This document shows positions 37,894-46,761 of a stretch of 64,000 bases of DNA, one piece after another. The number at the start of each line of letters is the position of its first letter. Positions within the stretch are counted from its first letter, which is position 1. This stretch comes from a virus. The notes under the pieces were generated by a model. It was not told the DNA's origin, did no database searches, and was given only the letters and a program-made list of their open reading frames with translations. A program made the translations under genes and the position numbers. The stretch is from IMG/VR virus record IMGVR_UViG_3300009314_000007, positions 1-64,000 of that record; one strand, 5' to 3'.

Positions 37894-38645
37894 GCGTAGA
37901 AATGACCCGTGAGGCCGCAGCCTTGCTCGGGATTCCCGTTGAGCGGGAAGACCGAGAGGGCTGGGACGACGAGGCGAGGGAAGACTCGTACCAACAGGAT
38001 CGGTTCGAGCGGCAGCAGATTCGAGAGAGGTTGCGTCGGATGGCGCAAGTGAGAATGGGGATCTTGCAGGACGAGGCCTTGGCCCTGTACCTGCTGAGCA
38101 TCGACGCGGGCGCCATCAACAGTCACATTGGCTTGTTGCGGGGTGTAGCGAATCGAATGGATCGGAGTGCCAGCGACACAGTTCACGGACAGCTTCAGTC
38201 GTTCTTGGACGGGCAGTGCGACGAACTGGCGACGGACCGGGAGCGGTTCAACAACATTGTGAACAAGTACCTCGGCGACCGGCGGCGGAAGGAACTTGCT
38301 GGGCTGGAGGTGACGACGAACGTTAGCATGTACCAGACACTTCGACACGGAGAGCCGACCAACGTGGATGGTGAACCGCTGCAATACGATCACCAGAAGT
38401 TGCGCGAACTCATCGCGGACGTGCAGACCAAGGAAGCCTACGACGGCAGCAAGTGTCCGAATTGCGGCGCTGGGCACGTTCACGGCGAGGCCTTCGAGCC
38501 CTCCGGGGACTCCCTGGCCTATCGCAATTGCCACTGCGGCGCATGTGACGCGAGGTGGACCGAGGAGCTAGTCGTTCGAGGGTACGATCATCTGGAGGTG
38601 CCAGAGAAAGGAGAAACACCGGATGAAGAATCTGGTAAACACTGA
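37890..38645 (+). CDS. Hypothetical protein with C-terminal zinc ribbon
   Basis: aggagg RBS; KCPNCG...CHCGACDARW, paralogous to domain in 39203 ORF. Confidence 0.7.
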   Translation: MSVEMTREAAALLGIPVEREDREGWDDEAREDSYQQDRFERQQIRERLRRMAQVRMGILQDEALALYLLSIDAGAINSHIGLLRGVANRMDRSASDTVHGQLQSFLDGQCDELATDRERFNNIVNKYLGDRRRKELAGLEVTTNVSMYQTLRHGEPTNVDGEPLQYDHQKLRELIADVQTKEAYDGSKCPNCGAGHVHGEAFEPSGDSLAYRNCHCGACDARWTEELVVRGYDHLEVPEKGETPDEESGKH

Positions 38646-39219
38646 GAACCGATCCGTGCTACAGGACTGGGTTCACGAGCTGCCGTTCATGCAGCAGTCC
38701 GTGCTCATCACGGCCTGCCGCGGACCGGATGGGCTGCCCAAGGATCACGTGGCGAAGCTGATCTGCCGCTGGTTGCGGCGGTGCTTCATGCTGTCTGCTT
38801 TTGAGGGCCGCGTGATCGACACCCCGGAGCATCCGGGGGGTGGAAGTTTCACGGGACCGTCGATCCCTAGAAGTCACCCGGAGGAGCCCGGCGACAAGCC
38901 GCTCAGCTTCCGCATGCGAGAGCACTTGCTGGCTAAGCTGGTTGGGGAGTACCTGCGACAGGTAGACGAGATGCCGCACCACTTCCAGTTGCACATCCTG
39001 CATGCGGCGGAGATCCTTGGCTACCACCACCCGAAACAGTGGATCAGGCGGTGGTGGCACGAGTTCTATTGCGAGCTGGTCGGCGACATGCACCTGTACT
39101 TGGAGCGGCAGAGCGACATGGACAGAAGGCTGTCCGATCAGAAGGAATTTTGGGAGGCCAGCGAACGCACCCCGGCGCGCCATCCCGGAGAGGAGAGGAC
39201 AGATGCCGACACCGAGTGA
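38623..39219 (+). CDS. Conserved-looking phage hypothetical protein
   Basis: aaggag RBS; SVLQDWV..QQSVL..RGPDG and HFQLH motifs. Confidence 0.75.
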   Translation: MKNLVNTENRSVLQDWVHELPFMQQSVLITACRGPDGLPKDHVAKLICRWLRRCFMLSAFEGRVIDTPEHPGGGSFTGPSIPRSHPEEPGDKPLSFRMREHLLAKLVGEYLRQVDEMPHHFQLHILHAAEILGYHHPKQWIRRWWHEFYCELVGDMHLYLERQSDMDRRLSDQKEFWEASERTPARHPGEERTDADTE

Positions 39220-39655
39220 AAATTATCGGGGAGACAAGTGTCCAGAGTGCGGGTCCACTGAGACTGAGGCGGGAGAAGATCCCAGGCTGCCTCGCGTAAA
39301 CGGCCGCGTGTTCGTGCGAGTCCGTTGCAAGAGCTGCGAGGCTCAGTGGGTTGAGAAGTACGAACTGGCCGGATACGGCGAGCTGGAAGTACCTGGGAAG
39401 GCCAAGGAGGCCAAGAGCAAGAAACTGCCCGTCTCGCACGTCGTGGTGTGGCGAGGCGGACAGGACAGTGATAACGTCCGCGTAGCTGATCGGAACATGG
39501 ATACCGAGTTTGGACGGCAGCGGACGAAGGCTCTTTGCGATTTCCGTGCTGGGAACGTCAACGACAAGCTGACCTTCTGGTACGTGCCACCCGACGGGGC
39601 TAAGGCAGCGACAAGGATCACGGACCCCGACGAGATCGACTGGTCCGGTCTCTAG
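39203..39655 (+). CDS. Zinc-ribbon protein
   Basis: KCPECG...CKSCEAQW. Confidence 0.7.
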   Translation: MPTPSENYRGDKCPECGSTETEAGEDPRLPRVNGRVFVRVRCKSCEAQWVEKYELAGYGELEVPGKAKEAKSKKLPVSHVVVWRGGQDSDNVRVADRNMDTEFGRQRTKALCDFRAGNVNDKLTFWYVPPDGAKAATRITDPDEIDWSGL

Positions 39656-40023
39656 CTCAGCATAGTCTGAGCGTCCCTGTGCTCCCTCTGAGCAGCCTCC
39701 CGAGCGAAAAAGGGACTCGGAGTCGCCTGAGGGGCCCAGAGGGCTCGCACGGCGGCTCTGGGCCCATCGGGGTTTTCTGGCAGCGAATTGGACAGCGACA
39801 GGCATTTGCGCAGCGAGTTGGTCTTTGATTTTTTCGTGACAGCGGAGGAGGAACCCCAGGAACGAAGTGGATGGGGTTTCCTCCGTGAGCTGTAATGGCG
39901 GTAGCCACCGGATACACGTCTTTTGATACTGGGGGGTTGCATTATCATCAAAAGATAAGGTAGACTGGAAATCCTGGTCGCTGTTTTCCCACTTAATGGG
40001 GTCGTTATTTTGGAGGTTGAAGC

Positions 40024-40968
40024 ATGACATCGCTGGTGAAATCGGGCTTTCGGAAGATCGAATTGACCCGGGTGATGCAAGGTCCGGCCGCTTCGGCTTG
40101 TCGTTACGCTCTGGCCCCTCTTACTAGGGGGGTGGATGTGGAGGTTTCGGACGATAGCAAGGTGCGAGCCGCGTCCCTCGGGCTGATAAACACGTGGCGG
40201 GCCCGTCTGCTGGTTCTTCAGCAGGCAGGCTGGGAGAGTATTCGGGAGCCGGAGCAACTCAGTCGGCTGGGGAATTGCCCTCCGGCTGGTGTTGCGGAAA
40301 CGAAGGGCGGGACGTTCTCCTGTCGCAAGTATCGGATCTGCCCGTTTTGCTGGTGTCGGCAGTACGTGTTGGAGGTGTTCGCTCGGATCTATGCGATCTC
40401 GTCGCGGTTCGAGGCGACCCGCCAGCCATTTGACCTGGTGGAAGTTCGGACCGAGCGAAAGTACCCGATCAAGAGCTACTTGCTGGCGGCTCCGCTTGAC
40501 TGGATCAAGCACTGCAAGTCCGGCTACTATCGAGAGTACATGCCGGACGCTTACGGGGGTTTCGTGCTTTGCACCATCGAGCCCCCCGATTACTCCGCTA
40601 GGGATCGGAATTACCGGCTCTTGCAGCGAGTGCTGGCGCTTGTCCCCAAGCGAGCGCCGACGCCGCCTGTCGAGCTGGCTCGGATGGACAGCGACGAGCT
40701 TCAGCAGGAGTCTCGCAAGGTGCGTCGGACGAGCAATCCAGCCTTGGCGGCAATCACGGCCGCGGTAGGTCGGACGTGCATCTATCCCAAGCAGTTGATG
40801 CAGGGCAATGCCAAGGAGACGGTGGATATTCTGGATGCCCAGGCGATGACCTGGAAGTCGGAGTCGGAGGGGCGAGCGCGGAAGCAGTTCCCGGTCCGGA
40901 CGAGTGAGTTTTACGGAGTTTTACGTCAGCGGCGGGCGCCGACGATACCAGAGGACGGGATGCCCTAG
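40024..40968 (+). CDS. Rolling-circle Rep-like protein, probably inactive
   Basis: ggagg RBS; FSCRKYRICPFC Zn motif and C-terminal FYGVLR resemble pC194/Rep_1 family; HUH absent. Confidence 0.45.
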   Translation: MTSLVKSGFRKIELTRVMQGPAASACRYALAPLTRGVDVEVSDDSKVRAASLGLINTWRARLLVLQQAGWESIREPEQLSRLGNCPPAGVAETKGGTFSCRKYRICPFCWCRQYVLEVFARIYAISSRFEATRQPFDLVEVRTERKYPIKSYLLAAPLDWIKHCKSGYYREYMPDAYGGFVLCTIEPPDYSARDRNYRLLQRVLALVPKRAPTPPVELARMDSDELQQESRKVRRTSNPALAAITAAVGRTCIYPKQLMQGNAKETVDILDAQAMTWKSESEGRARKQFPVRTSEFYGVLRQRRAPTIPEDGMP

Positions 40969-40984
40969 TCGAACGGAGGAGCGT

Positions 40985-41335
40985 ATGCTAACCGAGCGGA
41001 AACTGGCGGAGCTGATAAAGACCCCACTGGCCGATACGGCGTTGAGTCTGCGGACGGTCAATACCTTGGAGGATCATGGGATGCTTTATCTACATGAGCT
41101 GCTTCAATGTTGTGGGCGGCCCAGGAAGGCGTGCGACGATTGCAGGTGGTTCGTAGACGACCGTAGGACTTGCGGTCGAGAGACCAAGTTGATAGAGATT
41201 CCCAATTTTGGAACCAAGACGCTTGCCGAGGTGTTCAAGGTCCTGGAGGATCTGGGATTGCATCGCAGCAAGGAACACCCCACGCTGAAGAAGAAGAGAA
41301 GAAGGAGGAGAAAGAAACGTGTCCGACGCAAGTGA
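40985..41335 (+). CDS. Second RNA polymerase alpha-CTD-like protein with Cys-rich insertion and basic tail
   Basis: LSLRTVNTLEDHG..LHELL and IPNFGTKTLAEV motifs; ggagg RBS. Confidence 0.75.
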   Translation: MLTERKLAELIKTPLADTALSLRTVNTLEDHGMLYLHELLQCCGRPRKACDDCRWFVDDRRTCGRETKLIEIPNFGTKTLAEVFKVLEDLGLHRSKEHPTLKKKRRRRRKKRVRRK

Positions 41336-41687
41336 GTCGCCGACCTATTACATCCTGGTCAAATTTGTTGGGCAGGGTAGGCGGAAGAAGCTGGAGTGGT
41401 ACAAGCCGCGAAACGCGATAGTGCCGCTCGTGTCTATCGAGGCGCATGTGGTACGCTTCGCGAGGATGTGTACCAAGATGCGATTGTACAAGCTCAGCGA
41501 GGACTTGCGGGACGCTGCACGGATTGGGGCGGGCGATGCCACGTTCCAGTATCCGCTAACGTTCCGGCTTACCCAGGCGCAGACTCGACTGGTGAAGCGA
41601 GCGCTGAAGTGTAAGGTGAGTCACTGGCTGAAACCTTCGCCGAAGGGCCTGGAGGGTCGTGGTGAACTACCAGGCGATGAGCACTGA
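41319..41687 (+). CDS. Hypothetical basic protein
   Basis: Overlapping operon ORF. Confidence 0.6.
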   Translation: MSDASESPTYYILVKFVGQGRRKKLEWYKPRNAIVPLVSIEAHVVRFARMCTKMRLYKLSEDLRDAARIGAGDATFQYPLTFRLTQAQTRLVKRALKCKVSHWLKPSPKGLEGRGELPGDEH

Positions 41688-41937
41688 TGATTTGTGGGAT
41701 TACGTGGAGCAACACCCACAGGAGATGGAGGCGCGCTTTGCGCTTCTTGATCGGATGTCTGACGAGCACACGGATGAGGTGCAGCTTATTCGGCAGCACT
41801 TGCGATCAGGGAGGATAGCGCACGTGGACGCACTGCGGGTTGTTATGGATTTCGAGATCGACTGGGCCATGGTGACTGAGGCTCCGGATGAGCAAGCCAC
41901 TCGGGAGATTTTTCTAGCAGATATAGAGGAGGACTAG
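41677..41937 (+). CDS. Hypothetical protein
   Basis: Operon ORF. Confidence 0.6.
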   Translation: MSTDDLWDYVEQHPQEMEARFALLDRMSDEHTDEVQLIRQHLRSGRIAHVDALRVVMDFEIDWAMVTEAPDEQATREIFLADIEED

Positions 41938-42159
41938 ATGAGCGCTATTGAAGCGAGTCAACAGTGTGACACTATCGTCGAGCTGATCGACGAGGAGGTG
42001 CCGGAGGAGGCTTTCGACAAGGCGGGCGAGATGTTCGAGAGCATTCGCAAGGGGGCTGTCGATATGCAAGAGAAGATCCAAACTTGGGGATCGGTGACCG
42101 AGGGACAGCAGACGGCTCTCGATAACTGGGAGGAGAATGTGCGGAAGTGGATTCACTGA
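41938..42159 (+). CDS. Hypothetical protein
   Basis: gaggagg RBS. Confidence 0.7.
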   Translation: MSAIEASQQCDTIVELIDEEVPEEAFDKAGEMFESIRKGAVDMQEKIQTWGSVTEGQQTALDNWEENVRKWIH

Positions 42160-42195
42160 TGAAGATCAACTTGCAACAACCTTAGGAGATCGAGT

Positions 42196-42816
42196 ATGGC
42201 GAGATACGCGGAGTCCTCCCGGGCCGCCTACAACATTCTGATGAACGGATTCTCACACGGGCAGCGAATCATTTCCGCGGCTCGGTTGGAGTGTTTACGG
42301 TTCGTGTTGGAGAACTATCAGCGGCATCCCTACAACGGCATGATCTGCCGGGGGGATATTGAGAAGGACTACGCTCGTTGGCGTCGGCAACACGACTCGC
42401 CGATTCCTGGGGCCTCGTCCGATCCCAATACGATTGCCCGCCGGTTGACCGACTGTGTCAACATTGGCGTGTGCGCGTACATCGGGAAGAAAGCGGGGAG
42501 AAGCGCGAGAAGCGTGGACGTGCAGGCCGCAGTGCCAACACGACTGATTACGCCGCTGCGATTGCCGCAGCACGGAGACGGTACGAAACCGCCTGAGTTC
42601 TTGCTGCTCGTGCAGCACGGCACGCCGCAGATCTTTGGGCCGTTCGGTACGCAACGGGCCCTCTACGAAAATGCAGTCTACTTCATGGACGAGATGGAGT
42701 ATCCTGATACTGCATTTCTCATGGTGATTCGCAAGTTCGAGAGCGGGTCATGGTCGTATTCACTGAAGAGACTACGGAGGAGGCAGAGGGATGGCGATTC
42801 GCAGAGGACGAGCTGA
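42196..42816 (+). CDS. Hypothetical protein, possible winged-helix N-terminus
   Basis: aggag RBS; NTIARRLTDC helix pattern. Confidence 0.6.
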   Translation: MARYAESSRAAYNILMNGFSHGQRIISAARLECLRFVLENYQRHPYNGMICRGDIEKDYARWRRQHDSPIPGASSDPNTIARRLTDCVNIGVCAYIGKKAGRSARSVDVQAAVPTRLITPLRLPQHGDGTKPPEFLLLVQHGTPQIFGPFGTQRALYENAVYFMDEMEYPDTAFLMVIRKFESGSWSYSLKRLRRRQRDGDSQRTS

Positions 42817-43321
42817 TACCCCCCGAGAGGCTTGGGACCATGTTCTGGCTTCTGGAGAGCTGAAGCCCGACGAGGGGGTGTGTGGTCGTTTCGCTTGGGA
42901 CAACTATTTTTGTCATGGTCGCGACGTGACTCGGGCAGAGATTGCGTTTCATTACCGGGATCGCGAGGGCAAACGCCAAAGGGCGAGGTCAATAGCCCGC
43001 AGACACGGGGAGCTAGTGCAGCGGGGTATCTGGCGAAAGACCGTGGAAAGGCCTCCGGATTACGACTCGAAGGCTGAGCCGTCTTGGGCGGCGGAGCCAA
43101 CGCGATTGGCGGTTGTTCGCCCGTTGCCGTCCGCCGAGAAAGGCCACTGGGTTGGGTGGCGAGACGCCGAGGGCGCTCACACGTATCCTGGGCGGTTCGG
43201 GGAATTAGCCGCAGCTCGGAGCTTCGCCGAACAGATGCGGCGAGAAGACGGGCATTCTCGTGGAAGTATGTTCATCCTGATCGTGCTACCCAACTGGGAG
43301 ATGCGGTCGATTCAGGTATAG
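42791..43321 (+). CDS. Hypothetical protein
   Basis: Overlapping operon ORF. Confidence 0.6.
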   Translation: MAIRRGRADTPREAWDHVLASGELKPDEGVCGRFAWDNYFCHGRDVTRAEIAFHYRDREGKRQRARSIARRHGELVQRGIWRKTVERPPDYDSKAEPSWAAEPTRLAVVRPLPSAEKGHWVGWRDAEGAHTYPGRFGELAAARSFAEQMRREDGHSRGSMFILIVLPNWEMRSIQV

Positions 43322-43336
43322 CCAGGAGGTAACGGC

Positions 43337-43963
43337 GTGGCCCAGAAATCCGGATGCGTGTGTTCGGGTCACTGGGCACACAAGAAAGAACACTATGTCG
43401 TCACGCGGCGAGAAAAGGCCACGTCGCTGGACGGCAAGGAGGTGACGAGTAAATACTCAGAGATCAAGTGCATGCACTGCTACAGGAAGTGGCGCAGCAA
43501 CGCAGGGTACATAGCCAAGTTGCCGGATCACGTCGAACGGACGTGGGGGATGCTCACCGACGCGGATGTTCTCAAGCTGGTACGGGCAGGCCGTATCGAG
43601 GTGGACTTCGAGAAGGGCGTGATCTGGAAAGAAAGGCGGGCGGGCAAGACGTGGATGGGCTATATGATCAAGCTCACCGCTCGGACGAACCGCGGTGGCG
43701 AGCGGTGGGAGAGCGACAGGCCACGGGGAGATCCCTATAAGTTCGTGGTCGTGGTGAATAACGAGTGCCGTAAGGAGATCTCGGTGTCTCGATTGGTGTG
43801 GATGGCTTACCACGACCAGTTGATACCGGAAGGCTTTGACGTGGACCATTTCGATAGAAACAAGGAGAATAACGCCATCGACAATCTTCGCTTGCTGGAG
43901 GCGACTCACAACAGGAGTGATAATGGTGACGGCGAACGAGAGTGGGACGAAGACGACTTCTAA
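43337..43963 (+). CDS. HNH endonuclease-domain protein
   Basis: RLVWMAY..IPEGFDVDHFDRNKENNAIDNLRLL..HN, HNH_3 pattern; aggagg RBS. Confidence 0.85.
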   Translation: MAQKSGCVCSGHWAHKKEHYVVTRREKATSLDGKEVTSKYSEIKCMHCYRKWRSNAGYIAKLPDHVERTWGMLTDADVLKLVRAGRIEVDFEKGVIWKERRAGKTWMGYMIKLTARTNRGGERWESDRPRGDPYKFVVVVNNECRKEISVSRLVWMAYHDQLIPEGFDVDHFDRNKENNAIDNLRLLEATHNRSDNGDGEREWDEDDF

Positions 43964-44666
43964 GCGAACGGACCTGCCCCCGCCGAGGATTGAGAATCGC
44001 CAGCTCCAACTCTTCGAGACTCGCTTGTTGAACCACGGAGCCTGTCGCCACTTCGCTGGTGACTTCTATGAGCTGGCCACGGTGGCGCTGGTGGGTGGAC
44101 AGCGGTTGCGGACAAACAGCCAGTATGCGACGTGCCCCGACATTCAGTGGCGGGACGAGATCTGCTTCGAGTGCAAGAGTGTGGGTAATACCAACTCTGC
44201 TATCTTGTACGAGATTCGCGTTCAGCGGGACATTGAGTTCGTGCAGCGCGGGTATCAGCTCTACTACTGGTTCTGGCACCATCGGCACCAGGTGGCACAG
44301 TCCCAGTTGATCTCCGAGTTGAATCGCGGCTTGGCGGAGAACATTCGCGAGGTGGTCGTGATTCCCTTCGACGCCATGGCTCGCTGGCTGCGAGGGCGGC
44401 CGGTTAAGGTGATGAACACCGGGCAGGTTTCGAGTAGGGGGAAGAAAGTTGGTTGGGGCAGCAGAGGCTACGGAATGGGCTGGGGAGTGCCCGTGAGCGC
44501 AATGAAAGAGCTGACCACAACGAAGTGGTCGGTGCGGGGATTGAAAGCGGAGGGAGAGAAGTTCCCGGACTTTTCTTTGTTTGGAGACTCTAACATGGAG
44601 TTTCTTGCTTGCCCGCTGAGTGGCGCAGGCACCCGTACGTTTTCGAGAGATGAGACCACAGACTAA
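43923..44666 (+). CDS. PD-(D/E)xK nuclease, restriction-endonuclease-like
   Basis: GDFYE...CPDI...FECKS motif order. Confidence 0.65.
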   Translation: MVTANESGTKTTSKRTDLPPPRIENRQLQLFETRLLNHGACRHFAGDFYELATVALVGGQRLRTNSQYATCPDIQWRDEICFECKSVGNTNSAILYEIRVQRDIEFVQRGYQLYYWFWHHRHQVAQSQLISELNRGLAENIREVVVIPFDAMARWLRGRPVKVMNTGQVSSRGKKVGWGSRGYGMGWGVPVSAMKELTTTKWSVRGLKAEGEKFPDFSLFGDSNMEFLACPLSGAGTRTFSRDETTD

Positions 44667-44700
44667 TCTAAGCAATCGTTTTTCAAATGGAGACGCACAG

Positions 44701-45111
44701 ATGGAGAAACCTATTCAATTCGCACTGTCCTCACCCTTCAATCTTTTCCCGGATGGACCCACGGCGACTCTCGTGGTCGGGGTGGGGCTTGCGGAGTACG
44801 CGGATGGCAAGGGCCGCGCCGTGTTCCTGATCTTCAAGAAAGAGAAGCCCGAGGACCAGAGCGGCGGCAAGCAGTTGAGTGTCAGCCTGCCGCAGCACGC
44901 GGGGCAGCTCGACGCGACTGCGGACGAGTTCTTCCTGAAGGACTGGGCCGACAACGAGCAGGCCGCCCAGGTCTGCTTGCGAGAAGGACTAATCGTGGAC
45001 ATCGGCAAAGCACCCGTGCAAGCTGGTGATCGGCAGGTGAAGGCATGCCGGATCGACCGCAGCAAGCTGCGAGAGATGACGCCCGCGGAGCTGGAACTGT
45101 ACAAGCCGTGA
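44701..45111 (+). CDS. DUF4313-like hypothetical protein
   Basis: Y.DG..AV.L...LSVSLP...EFFLKDW.DNE pattern. Confidence 0.5.
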   Translation: MEKPIQFALSSPFNLFPDGPTATLVVGVGLAEYADGKGRAVFLIFKKEKPEDQSGGKQLSVSLPQHAGQLDATADEFFLKDWADNEQAAQVCLREGLIVDIGKAPVQAGDRQVKACRIDRSKLREMTPAELELYKP

Positions 45112-45842
45112 GTGAAGCGAACAAGCTCTACGCTCGGTGGTATCGCAAACAGTGGTCTGCGGTTGGCGCCTACTTGCGGGAGCAGGACCGGGTGATTTTC
45201 GCGGAGCAGTCGAGGTTGATTCGAGCCGCTCAGAAGCGGCGACAACCTCGACGCCGGAAAAACTTCGATAAGCTGCCGGAGGATCTTCAAGAGGAGATTC
45301 ATCAGCAGCTACTGAAGCAGTTCGCCGATGTGATCCGGATTCGTGACGCGGTGAGAAAAGCACGGAGGGTTCGAGCGGCGAGGCTGCAAACACTGTGGCC
45401 GCGGGTGACCTTCGAGCCGCTTCCGAACATCTGGCAGCAGGTGGATTATTGCAGCTCAAACACCTACCGCTCGCAGGGATGGGGGAAGAACAAGTACGCC
45501 CGGGGTTCGCTGCTGATGTACGAGGAGCTGTTGAAGGAGCACGGGTACGACTGCGACGTGTATCGCGTGTTCGAGAGTCGCGTTGAAGGGCGGCACTATC
45601 CGGGGGCCGGGTACTTGCCGTCCGAGACGTATTATGGGTATGCGCTGTATGCCAACATTGAAGATTGGCGGTATCATGCTTTGATCCGCCGGGGGCTTTC
45701 GACGGAAGAAGAGATCGAGTTGCTGGAGAAACACGGCAGCTTGAACGTGATGGTGTACAACCCGTTTCTTAACCCCACCGAGGTCATGGAGTTGTGGGCG
45801 AAGATTCGCGAGAAGCGGCGGAAAGGAGTAGGACAGGCATGA
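45108..45842 (+). CDS. Hypothetical protein
   Basis: GTGA coupling. Confidence 0.65.
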   Translation: MSEANKLYARWYRKQWSAVGAYLREQDRVIFAEQSRLIRAAQKRRQPRRRKNFDKLPEDLQEEIHQQLLKQFADVIRIRDAVRKARRVRAARLQTLWPRVTFEPLPNIWQQVDYCSSNTYRSQGWGKNKYARGSLLMYEELLKEHGYDCDVYRVFESRVEGRHYPGAGYLPSETYYGYALYANIEDWRYHALIRRGLSTEEEIELLEKHGSLNVMVYNPFLNPTEVMELWAKIREKRRKGVGQA

Positions 45843-46027
45843 AACCACTGCGACAGATCGTGAAGAGAGAGCGGTACTTCCCAATGTCAGCTCCCACCGG
45901 CACCGGGTCGGTGATGCTGACGTTGGAGTGCGGCCACGAGGTGCATTGCAAACAGAGCAAGGAGCCCAAGTACCGGGCGAGGTGCTGGTACTGTCCAGAC
46001 AGGGAGACGAATGATGGCGACGGTTAG
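45839..46027 (+). CDS. Small Zn-binding protein (LECGH...CWYC)
   Basis: ATGA coupling; Cys/His motif. Confidence 0.55.
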   Translation: MKPLRQIVKRERYFPMSAPTGTGSVMLTLECGHEVHCKQSKEPKYRARCWYCPDRETNDGDG

Positions 46028-46472
46028 TCTATACACGTTTCAGGACCGCGAGGGCTGCGAGCAGACTTTCACCACTTTCAGCGCCAGGGAGGCGAAGGAA
46101 GTGGCGGAGAAGAACAACTGGCTCTGTTTCGACAACGAGTACGAATACTCGGATCGGAACGTAGCTTGGGATTGCACGGGTAATCACATCTTGTGGGCGG
46201 CGTGCGAATTGGGGTATATGGTTCAAGTGTTCAAGGGCGGCGAGGAGGAGCCGGAGCACGAGTATCGAGCTGGAAATAGCCCGCGGTGCTCGCAGCCCTA
46301 CGTGCCGCTGGAGGGTCGGCAGGTGTCCTTGGAACAGCTCCGCAGGTTTGCCGAGCAGACTGCGGTGGAGCTGGCACGGGAGTACCATGTGACTCCGTTG
46401 GAGAACATTCACGAGGACGCCGAGGTGCTTGAGCGATTGAAAGAGGAGCTTGGCATAGCAAGCGAAACGTGA
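46011..46472 (+). CDS. Hypothetical protein
   Basis: ggag RBS. Confidence 0.65.
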   Translation: MMATVSLYTFQDREGCEQTFTTFSAREAKEVAEKNNWLCFDNEYEYSDRNVAWDCTGNHILWAACELGYMVQVFKGGEEEPEHEYRAGNSPRCSQPYVPLEGRQVSLEQLRRFAEQTAVELAREYHVTPLENIHEDAEVLERLKEELGIASET

Positions 46473-46501
46473 TATAAGCCGACAGCAACAAGGAGGTTGC
46501 G

Positions 46502-46723
46502 ATGAAAGCGTCAGGACCCCGGGCGAAGCAGAAGTATGCCGATCTTCCGGATCACATCAAGCAGGTGGCCAGCGTTCCGGGCGTTGTCTCCTGCTTGAAG
46601 TGCCGGAAGTTGTTCAAGTCTCCGGACCGTATTCGGATTCGCCTTTGCGGGAAATGTGGCGACGAGAACCTGGACGAGTTTTGTAGCCGGTCAACACCTT
46701 TGACGGAGGGTACTCTTGAGTAA
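46502..46723 (+). CDS. Small zinc-finger protein
   Basis: aggagg RBS; CLKC.KLFKS....RLCGKC. Confidence 0.7.
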   Translation: MKASGPRAKQKYADLPDHIKQVASVPGVVSCLKCRKLFKSPDRIRIRLCGKCGDENLDEFCSRSTPLTEGTLE

Positions 46724-46726
46724 CCA

Positions 46727-46740
46727 CAATAACGTTATTG
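46727..46740. promoter_or_regulatory. Perfect 14-bp palindrome CAATAACGTTATTG upstream of replication/recombination operon
   Basis: Directly visible; five more copies with one mismatch elsewhere. Confidence 0.7.
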
Positions 46741-46761
46741 CTAACGAAGTGAGAGGAAAGC

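Noticed and set aside
41552-41566. Further copy of the dispersed palindrome (ctaacgtt core)
   Set aside because: Only the central core matches; flanks do not
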